Shown in pieces: positions 10,229-20,445 of a stretch of DNA of 64,000 nt (positions within the stretch are counted from its first letter, which is position 1; each line of letters starts with the position of its first letter). This DNA is from Nostoc sp. Its GTDB lineage: Bacteria; Cyanobacteriota; Cyanobacteriia; Cyanobacteriales; Nostocaceae. The position numbers and the translations under genes are program-made. Location of the stretch: the NCBI GenBank assembly GCA_036918135.1, contig JBALDB010000001.1, forward strand, positions 64,001 through 128,000, written 5' to 3'. A model generated the notes under the pieces. The model saw only the letters and a list, made by a program, of their open reading frames with translations. It was not told the DNA's origin and did no database searches.

Positions 10229-10713
10229 GTTGCTGCAAGAGCCAAGATAATATCTAGCTGAGTGTTTTGTTGTCCCTAAAGGCGTGGACAGCCTTAGAGG
10301 ATGTCTGAAAAGTTTTTGATAGGTGATTTTAATCACGTAAGCTATTTGAGCATCAACTGAATCATAGCAATGTAAACAAAAGTTTCTGTAGTTTCCGGCA
10401 AGATTTCATAATCTTTAGTTAATCGCTGACACCCTTCGGGTGACGCTCCTGCGTGGCTAACGCTGCACTAACGCTAGTCACGGATGTGCTTATCAGAAGT
10501 GATGACAATAGTCATTGCCAATCATTGCAGCGGTTATAAGTAGGTAGGCGTAAATAAATATAAAGGACGTGTAAGACCTTCCTAAGTTAGGAGCGGCGCT
10601 TTTTGCCGTAGACACGAAGTGGCTTGTCGTCAGACATCCGAACTTCTCTCCATCTTACAAAACTAACAAAATCAACTTTTAAAATCTGTAACACCAAAAT
10701 CAGGTTGATTAAC

Positions 10714-12006
10714 TTAACGAATGCCATCATTATCAATTGCACTGTAGCTATCACTGGGGAAAAGCCCTAACCAAGGGTCAGAACTAGGAGTTAAAAAGAG
10801 TTGGGCATATACTTGCTGATTGAGTGCTTCCACAGTCTTTGTTTGGTTACCCTGTATAAACCATTGATGAATTTGGCTATGCAGTATATATTCATTTCTG
10901 ACTGTATCTAAAGCCATTGCTGCTTCAAAATTTTTGATTATTATCGGTAAATTATCTTTTGAAGTGTTGGCAGACTGAGACTTTTTAGCTCTAATTAAAG
11001 AAATGCTGTTTTGGTCTAACTTGGCATCGCTAGCATAGAGTTGAGCAATTTTATTCCAAGCTTCTTGGTCGGTAATTTCAGCTAAAGCCTTTTGATTAGG
11101 TTTAGTATCAGACTGGAGGGCACTCAATATAGGCCTTTCAACTATCATTTTAGAAATTGCTAAAGAGCTTGCGGTTTCTGCTGTCGGTGGCTGAGTGGAA
11201 TTATTAGGAAATTCTACTAATTTAGGGGGAGACTGGATACCCAAACGAGATAAATCTGCAAGCCATTGGGCTTGGATAGAATTGTACCGATCGCTGTGGT
11301 ATTTTTTTAAAAAAGCCTTGCGAGCAGTTGGTGTCAGTTTACTATAATTTTTTGCTGCTACTTCAGCCTGCTCTAGCTGACGCAAAAATGTTTTAGGACT
11401 ATATAATCCTGGAATTGCATCAATTGGACGACCTGAGGCATCTAATATATAGTGAATGCTATTGCCTGTAATTGTCCGCTCCAACTTACGTCCGTCACCG
11501 AAATCAATTGTTACTTTGGGTACAGGACGTACTGATTCCCAGTGCAAAATGAAGCGGTCTTGAAGTACTTTAGAAATCTCACTATTCGCATACAGCGCTA
11601 CCCTAAAGAATCTACTATTAGCACAACTCAAATCCCGATCGAGTCTGCCCAGTAACCGCAGAGATAAAATGGGTTTACCACTGGTTCTGGCAGCAGCTTT
11701 GGCTTGTTCTATGTCGGTGTACCAGTACAAACGAGAAGCGTAACAGTCCCGTTGTTGGCAGAGTTCGTCTAAAGCCATCCGGAGTGCAGCAGAAGGTAGA
11801 ACTGCACCTGAAGAATAAGTGTTTAGCTTATTAGCATGGGATTTGAGAAATATCTGTAACCCATTTGGCCCTTGTTTACGAAGCACAGAAACTTCTTGAG
11901 ATAGCTTGGAAGTTTCAGTTACCGGAGTTTGAGCATTAGCTGTCTGTAAGAGTGTTAGGCTAACTAGCATGAGTACGAAGGGACTTTTGAAGATGCTAAA
12001 TTTCAT
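10714..12006 (-). CDS. secreted thioredoxin-like protein resembling the selenoprotein N (SelN) redox domain
   Basis: Signal peptide ending ANA-Q; WYTDIEQAKAAARTSGKPILSLRLLGRLDRDLSCANSRFFR...ISKVLQDRFILHWESV. Confidence 0.7.
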   Translation of the reverse strand: MKFSIFKSPFVLMLVSLTLLQTANAQTPVTETSKLSQEVSVLRKQGPNGLQIFLKSHANKLNTYSSGAVLPSAALRMALDELCQQRDCYASRLYWYTDIEQAKAAARTSGKPILSLRLLGRLDRDLSCANSRFFRVALYANSEISKVLQDRFILHWESVRPVPKVTIDFGDGRKLERTITGNSIHYILDASGRPIDAIPGLYSPKTFLRQLEQAEVAAKNYSKLTPTARKAFLKKYHSDRYNSIQAQWLADLSRLGIQSPPKLVEFPNNSTQPPTAETASSLAISKMIVERPILSALQSDTKPNQKALAEITDQEAWNKIAQLYASDAKLDQNSISLIRAKKSQSANTSKDNLPIIIKNFEAAMALDTVRNEYILHSQIHQWFIQGNQTKTVEALNQQVYAQLFLTPSSDPWLGLFPSDSYSAIDNDGIR

Positions 12007-12516
12007 AAATTTCTAAAAGGATAGAGATGTGGGTGTCGCCATTACTAACTAGAAAACTCAGTCTAATTTTTAAGAATAAATAAATGCTGAAAAGTTTTTA
12101 ATGGGGATGGTATCCATAAGCTCACAAGCAAATAATTTTCTCAGTATTTACCTAACAAGCTTAGATTTATATCTGTCCTTAAACACATACACGTATTCAT
12201 TTACAGAAAATACTTTACCAAAATTATAATTTATTAATAATTAAATATATTAAATTTTTATTTTAATTTATTAAATCTCCAAAAAATAGCTTCGGCAATG
12301 AAAATTTATTTTTAGAAAATCAGTAATATTTCTGTTTCAAATTTGAGTAAATATAATTAAATTATTAATATTCTCAATTGCGCGAGTTTCTATTAAAGGT
12401 GAAAAATAGGTAACAGGATTGTTTGGAGAGCGCAGAAAATTATTTGAGAAAAATAGCGGTTTTCTGAGAGATGGAAAAATCCAAGCTCTAGAAGCTTTGA
12501 ATATTTATTAAAAAAT

Positions 12517-12843
12517 TTGAAAAACCCCATGTCCAAATATATTTCTCATTTCCTAATACTGGCATTAGGAACAGTTTTAACCTGTATTGTTACTCCATGT
12601 GATGCTCAAACTGTGGTAAAATCTGATAGTCAAAATACTAATAATATTAGTTCTATATCTTCAAGTTCTCCTTCTACTAACCAATTGCACAATTCGCTCA
12701 ATTCTACTAATAATAAACAGACTATTGTTTCTGAGACAGTTAGTAACTCTTCTGCTCCTAAGTCGAATATAACTGCAACTCAGGCTCAACTACGAATTCC
12801 TATATTTAGTAGAATTTTTCGCTCACCTTTGATGCAGCAGTAA
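12517..12843 (+). CDS. small secreted Ser/Thr/Asn-rich hypothetical protein
   Basis: Hydrophobic signal-like N-terminus ending CDA-Q, low-complexity body, basic C-terminal motif RIPIFSRIF. Confidence 0.6.
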   Translation: MKNPMSKYISHFLILALGTVLTCIVTPCDAQTVVKSDSQNTNNISSISSSSPSTNQLHNSLNSTNNKQTIVSETVSNSSAPKSNITATQAQLRIPIFSRIFRSPLMQQ

Positions 12844-12891
12844 TCCAAATAATCATCAAAAAACTGCTGAGTCACTGTTCGTTCCTGGTGT

Positions 12892-13035
12892 CATCGCAAC
12901 TTTGGTCAAAGCATAAACAAAGCCACAAGCAAAGGGTACAACGTCACTGTTGAGGCTGCCAATGTTGATGATTCGTCCGCCCTCACTCATGTGGCGGATA
13001 GCCTCTTGAGTGAGGGCAAAAATGCGCTTGATGTT
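12892..13035 (-). pseudogene. fragment of an SDR oxidoreductase (BdcA/FabG-like)
   Basis: Manual translation NIKRIFALTQEAIRHMSEGGRIINIGSLNSDVVPFACGFVYALTKVAM contains GRIINIGS and YxxxK; no start codon and no Rossmann N-terminus. Confidence 0.75.
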
Positions 13036-13067
13036 ACTCGCAACAAGTCAGTCAAAATAATGTAATT

Positions 13068-13110
13068 TAATGACGCTCCTAATCGCTAAGGTTACGTAGG
13101 AGCGTCATTA
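13068..13110. terminator. perfect 14 bp stem-loop between convergent genes (terminator or REP-like)
   Basis: TAATGACGCTCCTA-N15-TAGGAGCGTCATTA. Confidence 0.55.
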
Positions 13111-13231
13111 CAAATTAGTAATTATTCAGTCATCATCAGCCAAACCTTTGGCGGTCGCTACCCTAGCCCACCTTCCCTGTAAGTTTCCTTACCATCATTG
13201 GCTTGTAAGTCTAAATATACTATTATTATGC

Positions 13232-13969
13232 TCAACGATAGGCAATGCGGAGACTTTGGACTAAAATCACCCCAGATGCGATCGCCATTAATCCACCCCA
13301 AAACCAGTAAGGTAAAAGTAAATACCGCTGTATTTGTGCTGTATCTGAGAGTCCAAGGGGGCCAGCAGAGCTACTAAATAAATAATCTAGTTGGTGGTAT
13401 GTACTCACACAAGCTTGTACGCCCAAAAATTGAATGCTGAACCCTTGTGCCCAACGAGGTGCTTTCAAAGCGATACCTAAAATTATTAAACCCAACAAAG
13501 GAATTGCCACCAGCCCAAACCAAGAACGCACCCAAATTAATGTAGACAACAGCAAAAAACTCCCTAAAATTTTCAAACTCAGGGAAGCTGCTTTAAAACT
13601 ACGGGAAGCCAGAATCAATGCTGCACCAGCAAGAGGTGGCCCCATTGGCCCTGCTGCTGCAACTAAAGCAGGGCCAATTGGCCCCAATGATGACCGAATA
13701 CCATAAGTTGCAACACCAGAACCATTGCTAAAAATCTGCAATTTTTGAAACTGTCCTCCTAATAGGAGTGCCATTAAACCGTGACCCATTTCATGAAACC
13801 AAGTTGCCAAGATTGTAAATGGGTATAAGATATAATCTCCTGCTGGAACTTGCCATAATAAAGCAGTGGCGATCGCCGCTGCAATTAGCCACTTTAACCC
13901 CATACGTTCAATAACTGGTGGAGCTTCTCTGGTCACTAAATTTTTATAATTTTTACTTGGTTCTTTCAT
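13232..13969 (-). CDS. M50 family (M50B-like) membrane metallopeptidase
   Basis: FHEMGHG zinc motif, AAGP, multiple transmembrane segments, late SD motif. Confidence 0.88.
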   Translation of the reverse strand: MKEPSKNYKNLVTREAPPVIERMGLKWLIAAAIATALLWQVPAGDYILYPFTILATWFHEMGHGLMALLLGGQFQKLQIFSNGSGVATYGIRSSLGPIGPALVAAAGPMGPPLAGAALILASRSFKAASLSLKILGSFLLLSTLIWVRSWFGLVAIPLLGLIILGIALKAPRWAQGFSIQFLGVQACVSTYHQLDYLFSSSAGPLGLSDTAQIQRYLLLPYWFWGGLMAIASGVILVQSLRIAYR

Positions 13970-14262
13970 AAATAACTCAATTTTAAATTTTACATTAGAA
14001 TTTAGAACTCAGGAGTCATATCATGTTAGGATGAATGCTTATAATATTAATTCGTTAGATATTCTCTTGATTCTTTAACTATTATGGCTCCTGAATTCTT
14101 CTAAATTTAGATTTTAGATTTTGTCTTCAATTGTAAATCCGTTTTGAAAAGTTGAGCCACTGCGTTAAAGAGGTCTGCCGGACTCAAAGCAGGTGGCATC
14201 TGAGCGCCGGAAGTCGGCGCTCAGACTTGCCGCAAAATTCAAAATTTAAAATTGCCAATCAG

Positions 14263-15141
14263 CTAAGCAAGTTGAAACAGGAATGTCATCAAGTCTCCTT
14301 TGCCCAAACTAATGCGATCGCCTGGTCGTAAACGGTGACGATTCCCTGGTGAGAGGGGCAAATTATTAATGTATGTTCCATTAGAACTTCCCACATCTTC
14401 GACATAGTGAGCGTCTCCTTCAACACGAATATCTGCATGAATGCGGGAGACAATTTCTGAATTGGGAAATCCCGAAACATCAACATCTGGAGGAATCCGG
14501 TCATTAGGCTTGCCGATATGAATTACAGACAGATTTTGCGGCAATTCAATTAACCTATCAGTTTGAACGTGGACTAACCGCGCATTCACTTGCTGTAATT
14601 GAGTTCTAGCAGCAGTTACCGTTGGTGGTGCTGGTGGAGTTACTTCTACTTCAGCTTGTGAGGCTGGTGCTGGTTCTAGAGGTGGTGGTGTCGGAATACC
14701 TTGGCTAGATACCACAGGCTCAGCTGCAACAGTTGGTGGTGGTGTTGGAGGGCTGTTTTCTGAAACAGATGGCTCTGACGGAGTTGCTGGAGGAACCGCC
14801 ACCGCTGTTGGTGGTAAAGATGAGTTAACCGGAGGATGGGAGTTAGCAGTGCTAATTCCCAAGGCATCTGGTTGTAAAAGTTCTACTAGGGGATCGGGTG
14901 TAACTAACGGGGGTACTTCTACGGACATATCGGGAGTCACTGTTGCAGCCACTGGGGCGTGAACGTGTGGAACTGCTGCTGAGTGCAAGTTATAGCCACA
15001 CTGACCGCAGAATGCAGCATCTGCCTGCACCGTTGCCCCACAACTGGGACAGTGAGTAGTTGCTGGTAACGGCGTATAGCAAGCTTCACACTGGACAGCG
15101 CCGTCAGGATTGGGATGATTGCAATTAGGGCAGACGATCAT
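14263..15141 (-). CDS. fraH: FraH: double zinc ribbon, Pro-rich linker, FHA domain
   Basis: CPNC/CEAC/CPSC/CGQC; Pro-rich middle; FHA motifs VSRIHA and DVGSSNGT; directly downstream of pgl as in Anabaena. Confidence 0.85.
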   Translation of the reverse strand: MIVCPNCNHPNPDGAVQCEACYTPLPATTHCPSCGATVQADAAFCGQCGYNLHSAAVPHVHAPVAATVTPDMSVEVPPLVTPDPLVELLQPDALGISTANSHPPVNSSLPPTAVAVPPATPSEPSVSENSPPTPPPTVAAEPVVSSQGIPTPPPLEPAPASQAEVEVTPPAPPTVTAARTQLQQVNARLVHVQTDRLIELPQNLSVIHIGKPNDRIPPDVDVSGFPNSEIVSRIHADIRVEGDAHYVEDVGSSNGTYINNLPLSPGNRHRLRPGDRISLGKGDLMTFLFQLA

Positions 15142-15508
15142 CGGTTTTAGCCTTTGTTCAAGAGCATCATAAAATAAGGTAAGCTGTCGCGCATCTAACG
15201 CCGCACATCTTTTCGTGTTGGCTGTTAACTGTTGACAGTTGAGAGTTAACCGTCAGCACTCAACGAACTTAGGAAGTGACTGTGCAGTTTGAAAGCGTAA
15301 TAGCTTAGAACTGGCAAGCTCCAGGGGCGGCCTTAGCTTTCGATTGTAGCAATTACTTTTGAGGAGATGGAAAGACACGGGGATACGGGAACACGGGAGA
15401 TGGGGGATGGGAGTAATGAGGGAAGATGAGGGGCAAACAAAAGGCACAATTTCTAACTGAACACTCTCTGTTTGCCCAATACCCCTCTGCCCCTTTGCCT
15501 TTTATTTG

Positions 15509-16231
15509 TTAAGGTTTGAGTTCCAAACCTGCTGCTGCATCCAACAGCCACCAAAGTTCTCCTTGGGGCTGAATTAAACGGGATGGGTAAGTGAAGTCAT
15601 CGGCTACAGGTGCAAAGACTTGCGCTAAAGCTGGTCTTTTGTTAGCACCAGCAACTAGAAAAATCACGCTACGAGCAGAGTTGATGAAGGGGTATGTAAA
15701 ACTTATCCGTAGGTTTCCGTTTTTATTTCCCACAGTAACCAAGCGATCGCGTACTTTGAGAGCCTCTGTGTAGGGAAACAAAGATGCGGTATGTGCATCA
15801 TCACCCATCCCTAGCAATATTACATCCAACACGGGAAACTCCACCCCAGAAGAATTGAAAAATTCTTTTAGATGCTGTTCATACTTAGTAGCAGCCAAGG
15901 CTGGATCGGCTTCTAAAGTCGGTACAGGGTGAATGTTAGCAGCTGGGATGTCAACATGATTTAGCCATGCACGACGCGTCATCAGTTCATTGCTATCGGG
16001 GTGATCTGGTGGTACAAAACGTTCATCCCCCCAAAATATATGAATTTTATCCCAAGGCAACTTTTGATTAGCGATCGCTTCGTATAACGGCTTAGGTGTA
16101 CTGCCGCCTGATAAAGCGATGGTAAATCGCCCCCGCTGCTCAATGGCTGTTTCTAACTTGGACAGGATTAATTCTAGCGCTCTTGCAACCAGCGCTGGCT
16201 GATCCGGTAGAACTTCAACCGTTTTGTTCAT
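15509..16231 (-). CDS. pgl: 6-phosphogluconolactonase
   Basis: ALSGGSTP, FWGDERFVP, LLGMGDDAHTASLFP; start placed at MNKTVEV. Confidence 0.95.
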   Translation of the reverse strand: MNKTVEVLPDQPALVARALELILSKLETAIEQRGRFTIALSGGSTPKPLYEAIANQKLPWDKIHIFWGDERFVPPDHPDSNELMTRRAWLNHVDIPAANIHPVPTLEADPALAATKYEQHLKEFFNSSGVEFPVLDVILLGMGDDAHTASLFPYTEALKVRDRLVTVGNKNGNLRISFTYPFINSARSVIFLVAGANKRPALAQVFAPVADDFTYPSRLIQPQGELWWLLDAAAGLELKP

Positions 16232-16617
16232 AGCTTCATCATCATATTGCTGGCTTCCAGCAATACAATACCGAACTTCTGACAATTTTCCTTTTTAACT
16301 TTTGAAACATTTAACATAGCGTTGAGTGTTGACTGTTGACTGGTGAGTAGGAAAGAAATATTTTTATGCCCTCGTTATTACATGAGCGTCTAGCTTGAAT
16401 AAACGTAGGCACACTTTATTACCTTCACGAGTAAGTTCTCAGTAGTCAGTTGTACTAACTACTAAATATTGTCGTCATTATTACTTTTATTTACACCCAG
16501 TTATTTCATACTTTCTTGATCGATTGTAAAAGGAAAAATTTCTTAAAAATTAACAAAAATTCCTAAAAATCATTAATTGCTTCATTTTGGCTAGTTCTAA
16601 ATTAGGACAATAACATA

Positions 16618-17364
16618 TTAATAATTACCCACAAATAGTTCTTCCCAGTCAGCGATCGCTTGGCGTTGAGCGATTAACAATTGCTCAATTCCTTTCTGGG
16701 CGACATCTAGCAGTTGATTCAACTGACCACGGCTAAAGCTACCTTCTTCAGCTGTTCCCTGGACTTCAATAATTTCTAGATGTTGATTCATCACCACATT
16801 AAAATCTACTGTTGCAGCCACATCTTCTAGATAATTTAGATCTAAAAATGGCTCTTTCTCCAGTAATCCTACGGAAACGGCTGCTATCTGTCCGCATAAG
16901 GGCGATCTCTCTAGTATTCCTTGGTGTAACAATTTAGAAATGGCATGAGCCAAGGCAACAAAAGAACCTGTAATCGCTGTTGTTCTAGTTCCAGCATCAG
17001 CCTGCAACACATCAGCATCTACAGTTAGCGTATGTTCTCCCAGTGCCTCAAAATTGACTGCGGCGCGTAAGCTACGTCCGATTAAACGTTGAATTTCTTG
17101 CGTCCGTCCAGATAACTTCAACAATTCTCTTTCTTGCCGTTTTTGTGTTGCAGATGGTAGCATTCGGTACTCAGCGGTTAACCAGCCCTTACCAGTTCCT
17201 TCAAGAAACTTGGGAACTCCCTTAGCCACGCTAACGGTACAAAGTACCTGAGTATCACCGCATCTTGCCAGAACCGAACCAGGAGCAAAGTGGGTGAAAC
17301 TAGGATAAAAGCTGAACGGACGTAATTCGTTAGGAAGACGACCGTCTGAACGCTGCCAAGCCAT
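16618..17364 (-). CDS. rph: ribonuclease PH
   Basis: [45 protein letters not shown]. Confidence 0.97.
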   Translation of the reverse strand: MAWQRSDGRLPNELRPFSFYPSFTHFAPGSVLARCGDTQVLCTVSVAKGVPKFLEGTGKGWLTAEYRMLPSATQKRQERELLKLSGRTQEIQRLIGRSLRAAVNFEALGEHTLTVDADVLQADAGTRTTAITGSFVALAHAISKLLHQGILERSPLCGQIAAVSVGLLEKEPFLDLNYLEDVAATVDFNVVMNQHLEIIEVQGTAEEGSFSRGQLNQLLDVAQKGIEQLLIAQRQAIADWEELFVGNY

Positions 17365-17441
17365 TGGAGTTGCCTCAAGATTTTTAGATGAAATATACTG
17401 CCTTAAGGTTACCTCAGTGGGGTATTGACCAATACTGGTCT

Positions 17442-18065
17442 CTAAGGAACTGAAAGCAAAGTCAAAATATTTTGTAGCACCATCTCTGGTGATTGGTCGC
17501 CATTGACGGTTAATAGGCAGCGACGACGATCGTAATATTCTAAGATGGGGATGGTGCGATCGTAAAATAATTCTACACGCCGCTGTACGATTTCTGGTTG
17601 GTCATCTGGTAGCGATCGCCCCAAAGATCGGCTAACCATTACTGCTTCTGGAACTTGTAGATAAATCGCCCAATCTAGCTTTTGTCCTAAATCATCCAAT
17701 AAAAAATCTAATTCTTCGGCTTGATAGGCAGTACGGGGATAGCCCTCCAATACCCAAGTGTAGTTAATATCTGATTGTCCCAGACGAATTCGGATCAATT
17801 CAACAATCATTTCGTCTGGGACTAATTCCCCTTTTTCTACGTATGGGCGTGCGTGGTAGCCTAATTCACTTAAGCTAGCATAAACAGAAAGATAAGTCCG
17901 GGGATCGGCTTGCGACCATTGAAAGTTCGGTAGCGGTTTGTTACCGGATATGGCTTCCCGTAAAATTTCACCTGTAGAAATCAGAGGAATATCAAAGTAT
18001 CTGCAAAGCCTTTGTGCTTGAGTACTTTTACCCGATCCTGAACCTCCCAGAATCACTAATCTCAC
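17442..18065 (-). CDS. adk: adenylate kinase family protein
   Basis: [12 protein letters not shown]-loop, STGEILR, GELVPDE, LEGYPRT. Confidence 0.9.
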   Translation of the reverse strand: MRLVILGGSGSGKSTQAQRLCRYFDIPLISTGEILREAISGNKPLPNFQWSQADPRTYLSVYASLSELGYHARPYVEKGELVPDEMIVELIRIRLGQSDINYTWVLEGYPRTAYQAEELDFLLDDLGQKLDWAIYLQVPEAVMVSRSLGRSLPDDQPEIVQRRVELFYDRTIPILEYYDRRRCLLTVNGDQSPEMVLQNILTLLSVP

Positions 18066-18408
18066 AACAATTCACTCCTCATCCTGTCAAATTTATTACT
18101 TCATAACTCTGTTTTATCGAAACAACCGGAAAATCGAATACATAGGGACTTTCAGTTGCTAATTCCAGCTTTTTTAAGCGATTGTAACTTTAACTTATTT
18201 GTTATCATTTTTACGACTAGTTTCCGAGAAAAAACGAAAATTTCAATCAAAATAACTCTTGACTTCTGAATAAGGGTAGTGGTTGACTAAGAATGCAATT
18301 TGCTAAATCCACTACACCTGTGAAAAACAGATTGATTATACAGGCACATTCATCAGAACTTACTTTAGTAAAAGCCTGTAATTCATTGTAATTTTTTGAA
18401 CTTTATAT

Positions 18409-18945
18409 ATGGTTGCCCAGTTAGAAACATCAAGTATAAATTCGACCCTTACATTACCATATCCAGTAGAAGGAATAGTGCAAGTTTTTACTAGCTCTTA
18501 TCGAAACTTTTTTACAAGTGTAATGGCTCAAACATTGAGAATCGCTGGACAAGGAACGTCAGTATTGATAGTACAGTTTCTCAAAGGGGGTATTCGTCAA
18601 GGACAAGAACGACCTATACAACTAGGACAAAATTTAGATTGGATTCGCTGTGATTTACCACGTTGTATTGATACACCCCATCTCGACGATACAGAAAACC
18701 AAGCCTTACAAAAGCTGTGGCAGTATACACAACAGGTGGTGTATGAGAGTAAGTATTCTCTCGTTGTTTTAGATGAGTTAAGTTTAGCGATTAATTTTGG
18801 TTTAATTTCAGAAAGCGAAGTTTTAGCCTTTCTGGCAAAACGCCCTCCTCATATCGATATCATTCTCACAGGCCCAGAGATGCCAAAATCTCTGTTAGGT
18901 GTAGCAGATCAAATTACAGAAATTCGTCGCAGTCATCGACCCTAA
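18409..18945 (+). CDS. CobO/BtuR-like (cob(I)alamin adenosyltransferase fold) protein with degenerate P-loop
   Basis: VLIVQFLKGG, LVVLDEL, IILTG, ADQITEI; the GxGKGKT motif is replaced by TSSYRNFFT. Confidence 0.8.
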   Translation: MVAQLETSSINSTLTLPYPVEGIVQVFTSSYRNFFTSVMAQTLRIAGQGTSVLIVQFLKGGIRQGQERPIQLGQNLDWIRCDLPRCIDTPHLDDTENQALQKLWQYTQQVVYESKYSLVVLDELSLAINFGLISESEVLAFLAKRPPHIDIILTGPEMPKSLLGVADQITEIRRSHRP

Positions 18946-19001
18946 ACAAAATACTCAGTTCAGGATATCCTAGTAATTTGGTTTGAATTAGCTGTGAACT
19001 T

Positions 19002-19601
19002 GTGATTAAAAATGATATCTGGATTACTAAAATGGCCCAAAAGGGTATAATTTCACCCTTTGAACCAAGTTTAATCCGAAAACTACAACAAGATGAGTCT
19101 TTAGCACTTGTGCCTGTAATTAGCTACGGTTTATCTTCTTATGGCTACGATATACGTCTTTCCCCGGCTGAGTTTCGCATTTTTCGGCATATTCCTGGAA
19201 CTGTAGTCGATCCGAAAAATTTTAATCCTCAAAATCTGGAGCCAACAGCACTGCATACAGATGCAAATGGCAGTTACTTTATTTTACCTGCTCACTCCTA
19301 TGGTCTGGGAGTTGCTTTAGAAAAGCTGGAGGTTCCAAATAATATTACAGTAATTTGTATAGGAAAATCTACTTACGCAAGATGTGGTATAATAGCAAAC
19401 TTAACCCCAGCTGAAGCTGCATGGCGGGGTCATCTTACGTTGGAATTTTCTAATTCTTCTAGCGCTGACTGTCGCGTATACGCTAACGAAGGCGTAGTGC
19501 AATTGCTATTTTTAGAAGGTGAACCTTGTGCTATTAGTTACGAAGCAAGACAAGGTAAATATCAGGATCAGTTAGAAATTGTGACTTTGGCTCGTGTTTA
19601 G
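19002..19601 (+). CDS. dcd: dCTP deaminase
   Basis: ISYGLSSYGYDIRL, GKSTYARCG, TPAEAAWRGHLTLEFSN, GKYQDQ. Confidence 0.96.
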   Translation: MIKNDIWITKMAQKGIISPFEPSLIRKLQQDESLALVPVISYGLSSYGYDIRLSPAEFRIFRHIPGTVVDPKNFNPQNLEPTALHTDANGSYFILPAHSYGLGVALEKLEVPNNITVICIGKSTYARCGIIANLTPAEAAWRGHLTLEFSNSSSADCRVYANEGVVQLLFLEGEPCAISYEARQGKYQDQLEIVTLARV

Positions 19602-19623
19602 ACCTAATAATATCTAAAAAATT

Positions 19624-19998
19624 TTACACAAAAATACAACTTAGATCTATTTTGTTAAGTCCAAGTTGGTTTGTAATTTTGACATATTCATAGACTACAT
19701 AGTTTATATCAACAGTGGGAAGTTCATTTGATGTATGGTTTATTTTAGAGAGAGCAAAGCTTTTGTTAATCGAAGTTTTCGGAGGTAAGCCAGGAAGTGA
19801 GAAAAAAAGACTTAGGTTGTAAAAATATCCGTCTAAAGAGTCAGAAACAAAACCTCCAAAAGAGTAAACACTCCTACCTCCAGTACCGCCGTCTTCAAAC
19901 TTATAATTATTGATTCCTAACTGATTAGATATCTTTAACAACTCAATCACTCCACTTGGCTCCGAAAGTAAAAATTTGTCCTCTACACTGATGTTCAT
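19624..19998 (-). CDS. AT-rich hypothetical protein
   Basis: 124 aa ORF with ATG start; no recognisable family. Confidence 0.45.
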   Translation of the reverse strand: MNISVEDKFLLSEPSGVIELLKISNQLGINNYKFEDGGTGGRSVYSFGGFVSDSLDGYFYNLSLFFSLPGLPPKTSINKSFALSKINHTSNELPTVDINYVVYEYVKITNQLGLNKIDLSCIFV

Positions 19999-20125
19999 AA
20001 AATTTTGTGAGTTTCTAAAATTTTGTCTTGATTGTAGCTCAAAAAATTCTCAAATTTTAAATTATAATGACTCAATTTACTGAAGGTGCTACTCGTGCCT
20101 GACCTAGATTCTGCTTTTGATATTA

Positions 20126-20338
20126 TTAATGCGATCGCTTGAAATCAAAACTAATAAATTGGAGAACCATCGCTTTATTCTGCAAAACATTCTCTAAGCC
20201 TTCAATTGTATTTACTACAACAATCCTGCGTAAAATCTTTTTCAATTGCTCTAATTCAGAAATTTGTAAAATTAACGACATCAACTCTAAACCATCGCTG
20301 CCAAATTCCGGCTCTAAACTTGTTTCAATGCTATACAT
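20126..20338 (-). pseudogene. C-terminal remnant of a cyanobacterial Rpn/PD-(D/E)XK-associated 'cytosolic' protein
   Basis: IETSLEPEFGSDGLELMSLILQISELEQLKKILRRIVVVNTIEGL resembles the conserved helical tail (LELKFG.EGL.L..EI..I.D.E.L) of that family; no N-terminal domain. Confidence 0.5.
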
Positions 20339-20445
20339 TATTCCACATACTTCTCATTCACGTAAAATTTCTTGATACCAAGGTGACTCTATTAATACTG
20401 TCATATCGACTTGTTAAATTCAAAAATCAAGGGGGGATTTGATAA

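Noticed and set aside
10277..10660. Possible ncRNA in the GC-rich patches between the kinase and the SelN-like gene (also 14150-14235 and 47560-47635)
   Set aside because: The patches resemble nested short dispersed repeats and MITE ends common in Nostocales; no tRNA or Rfam-like structure was recognised
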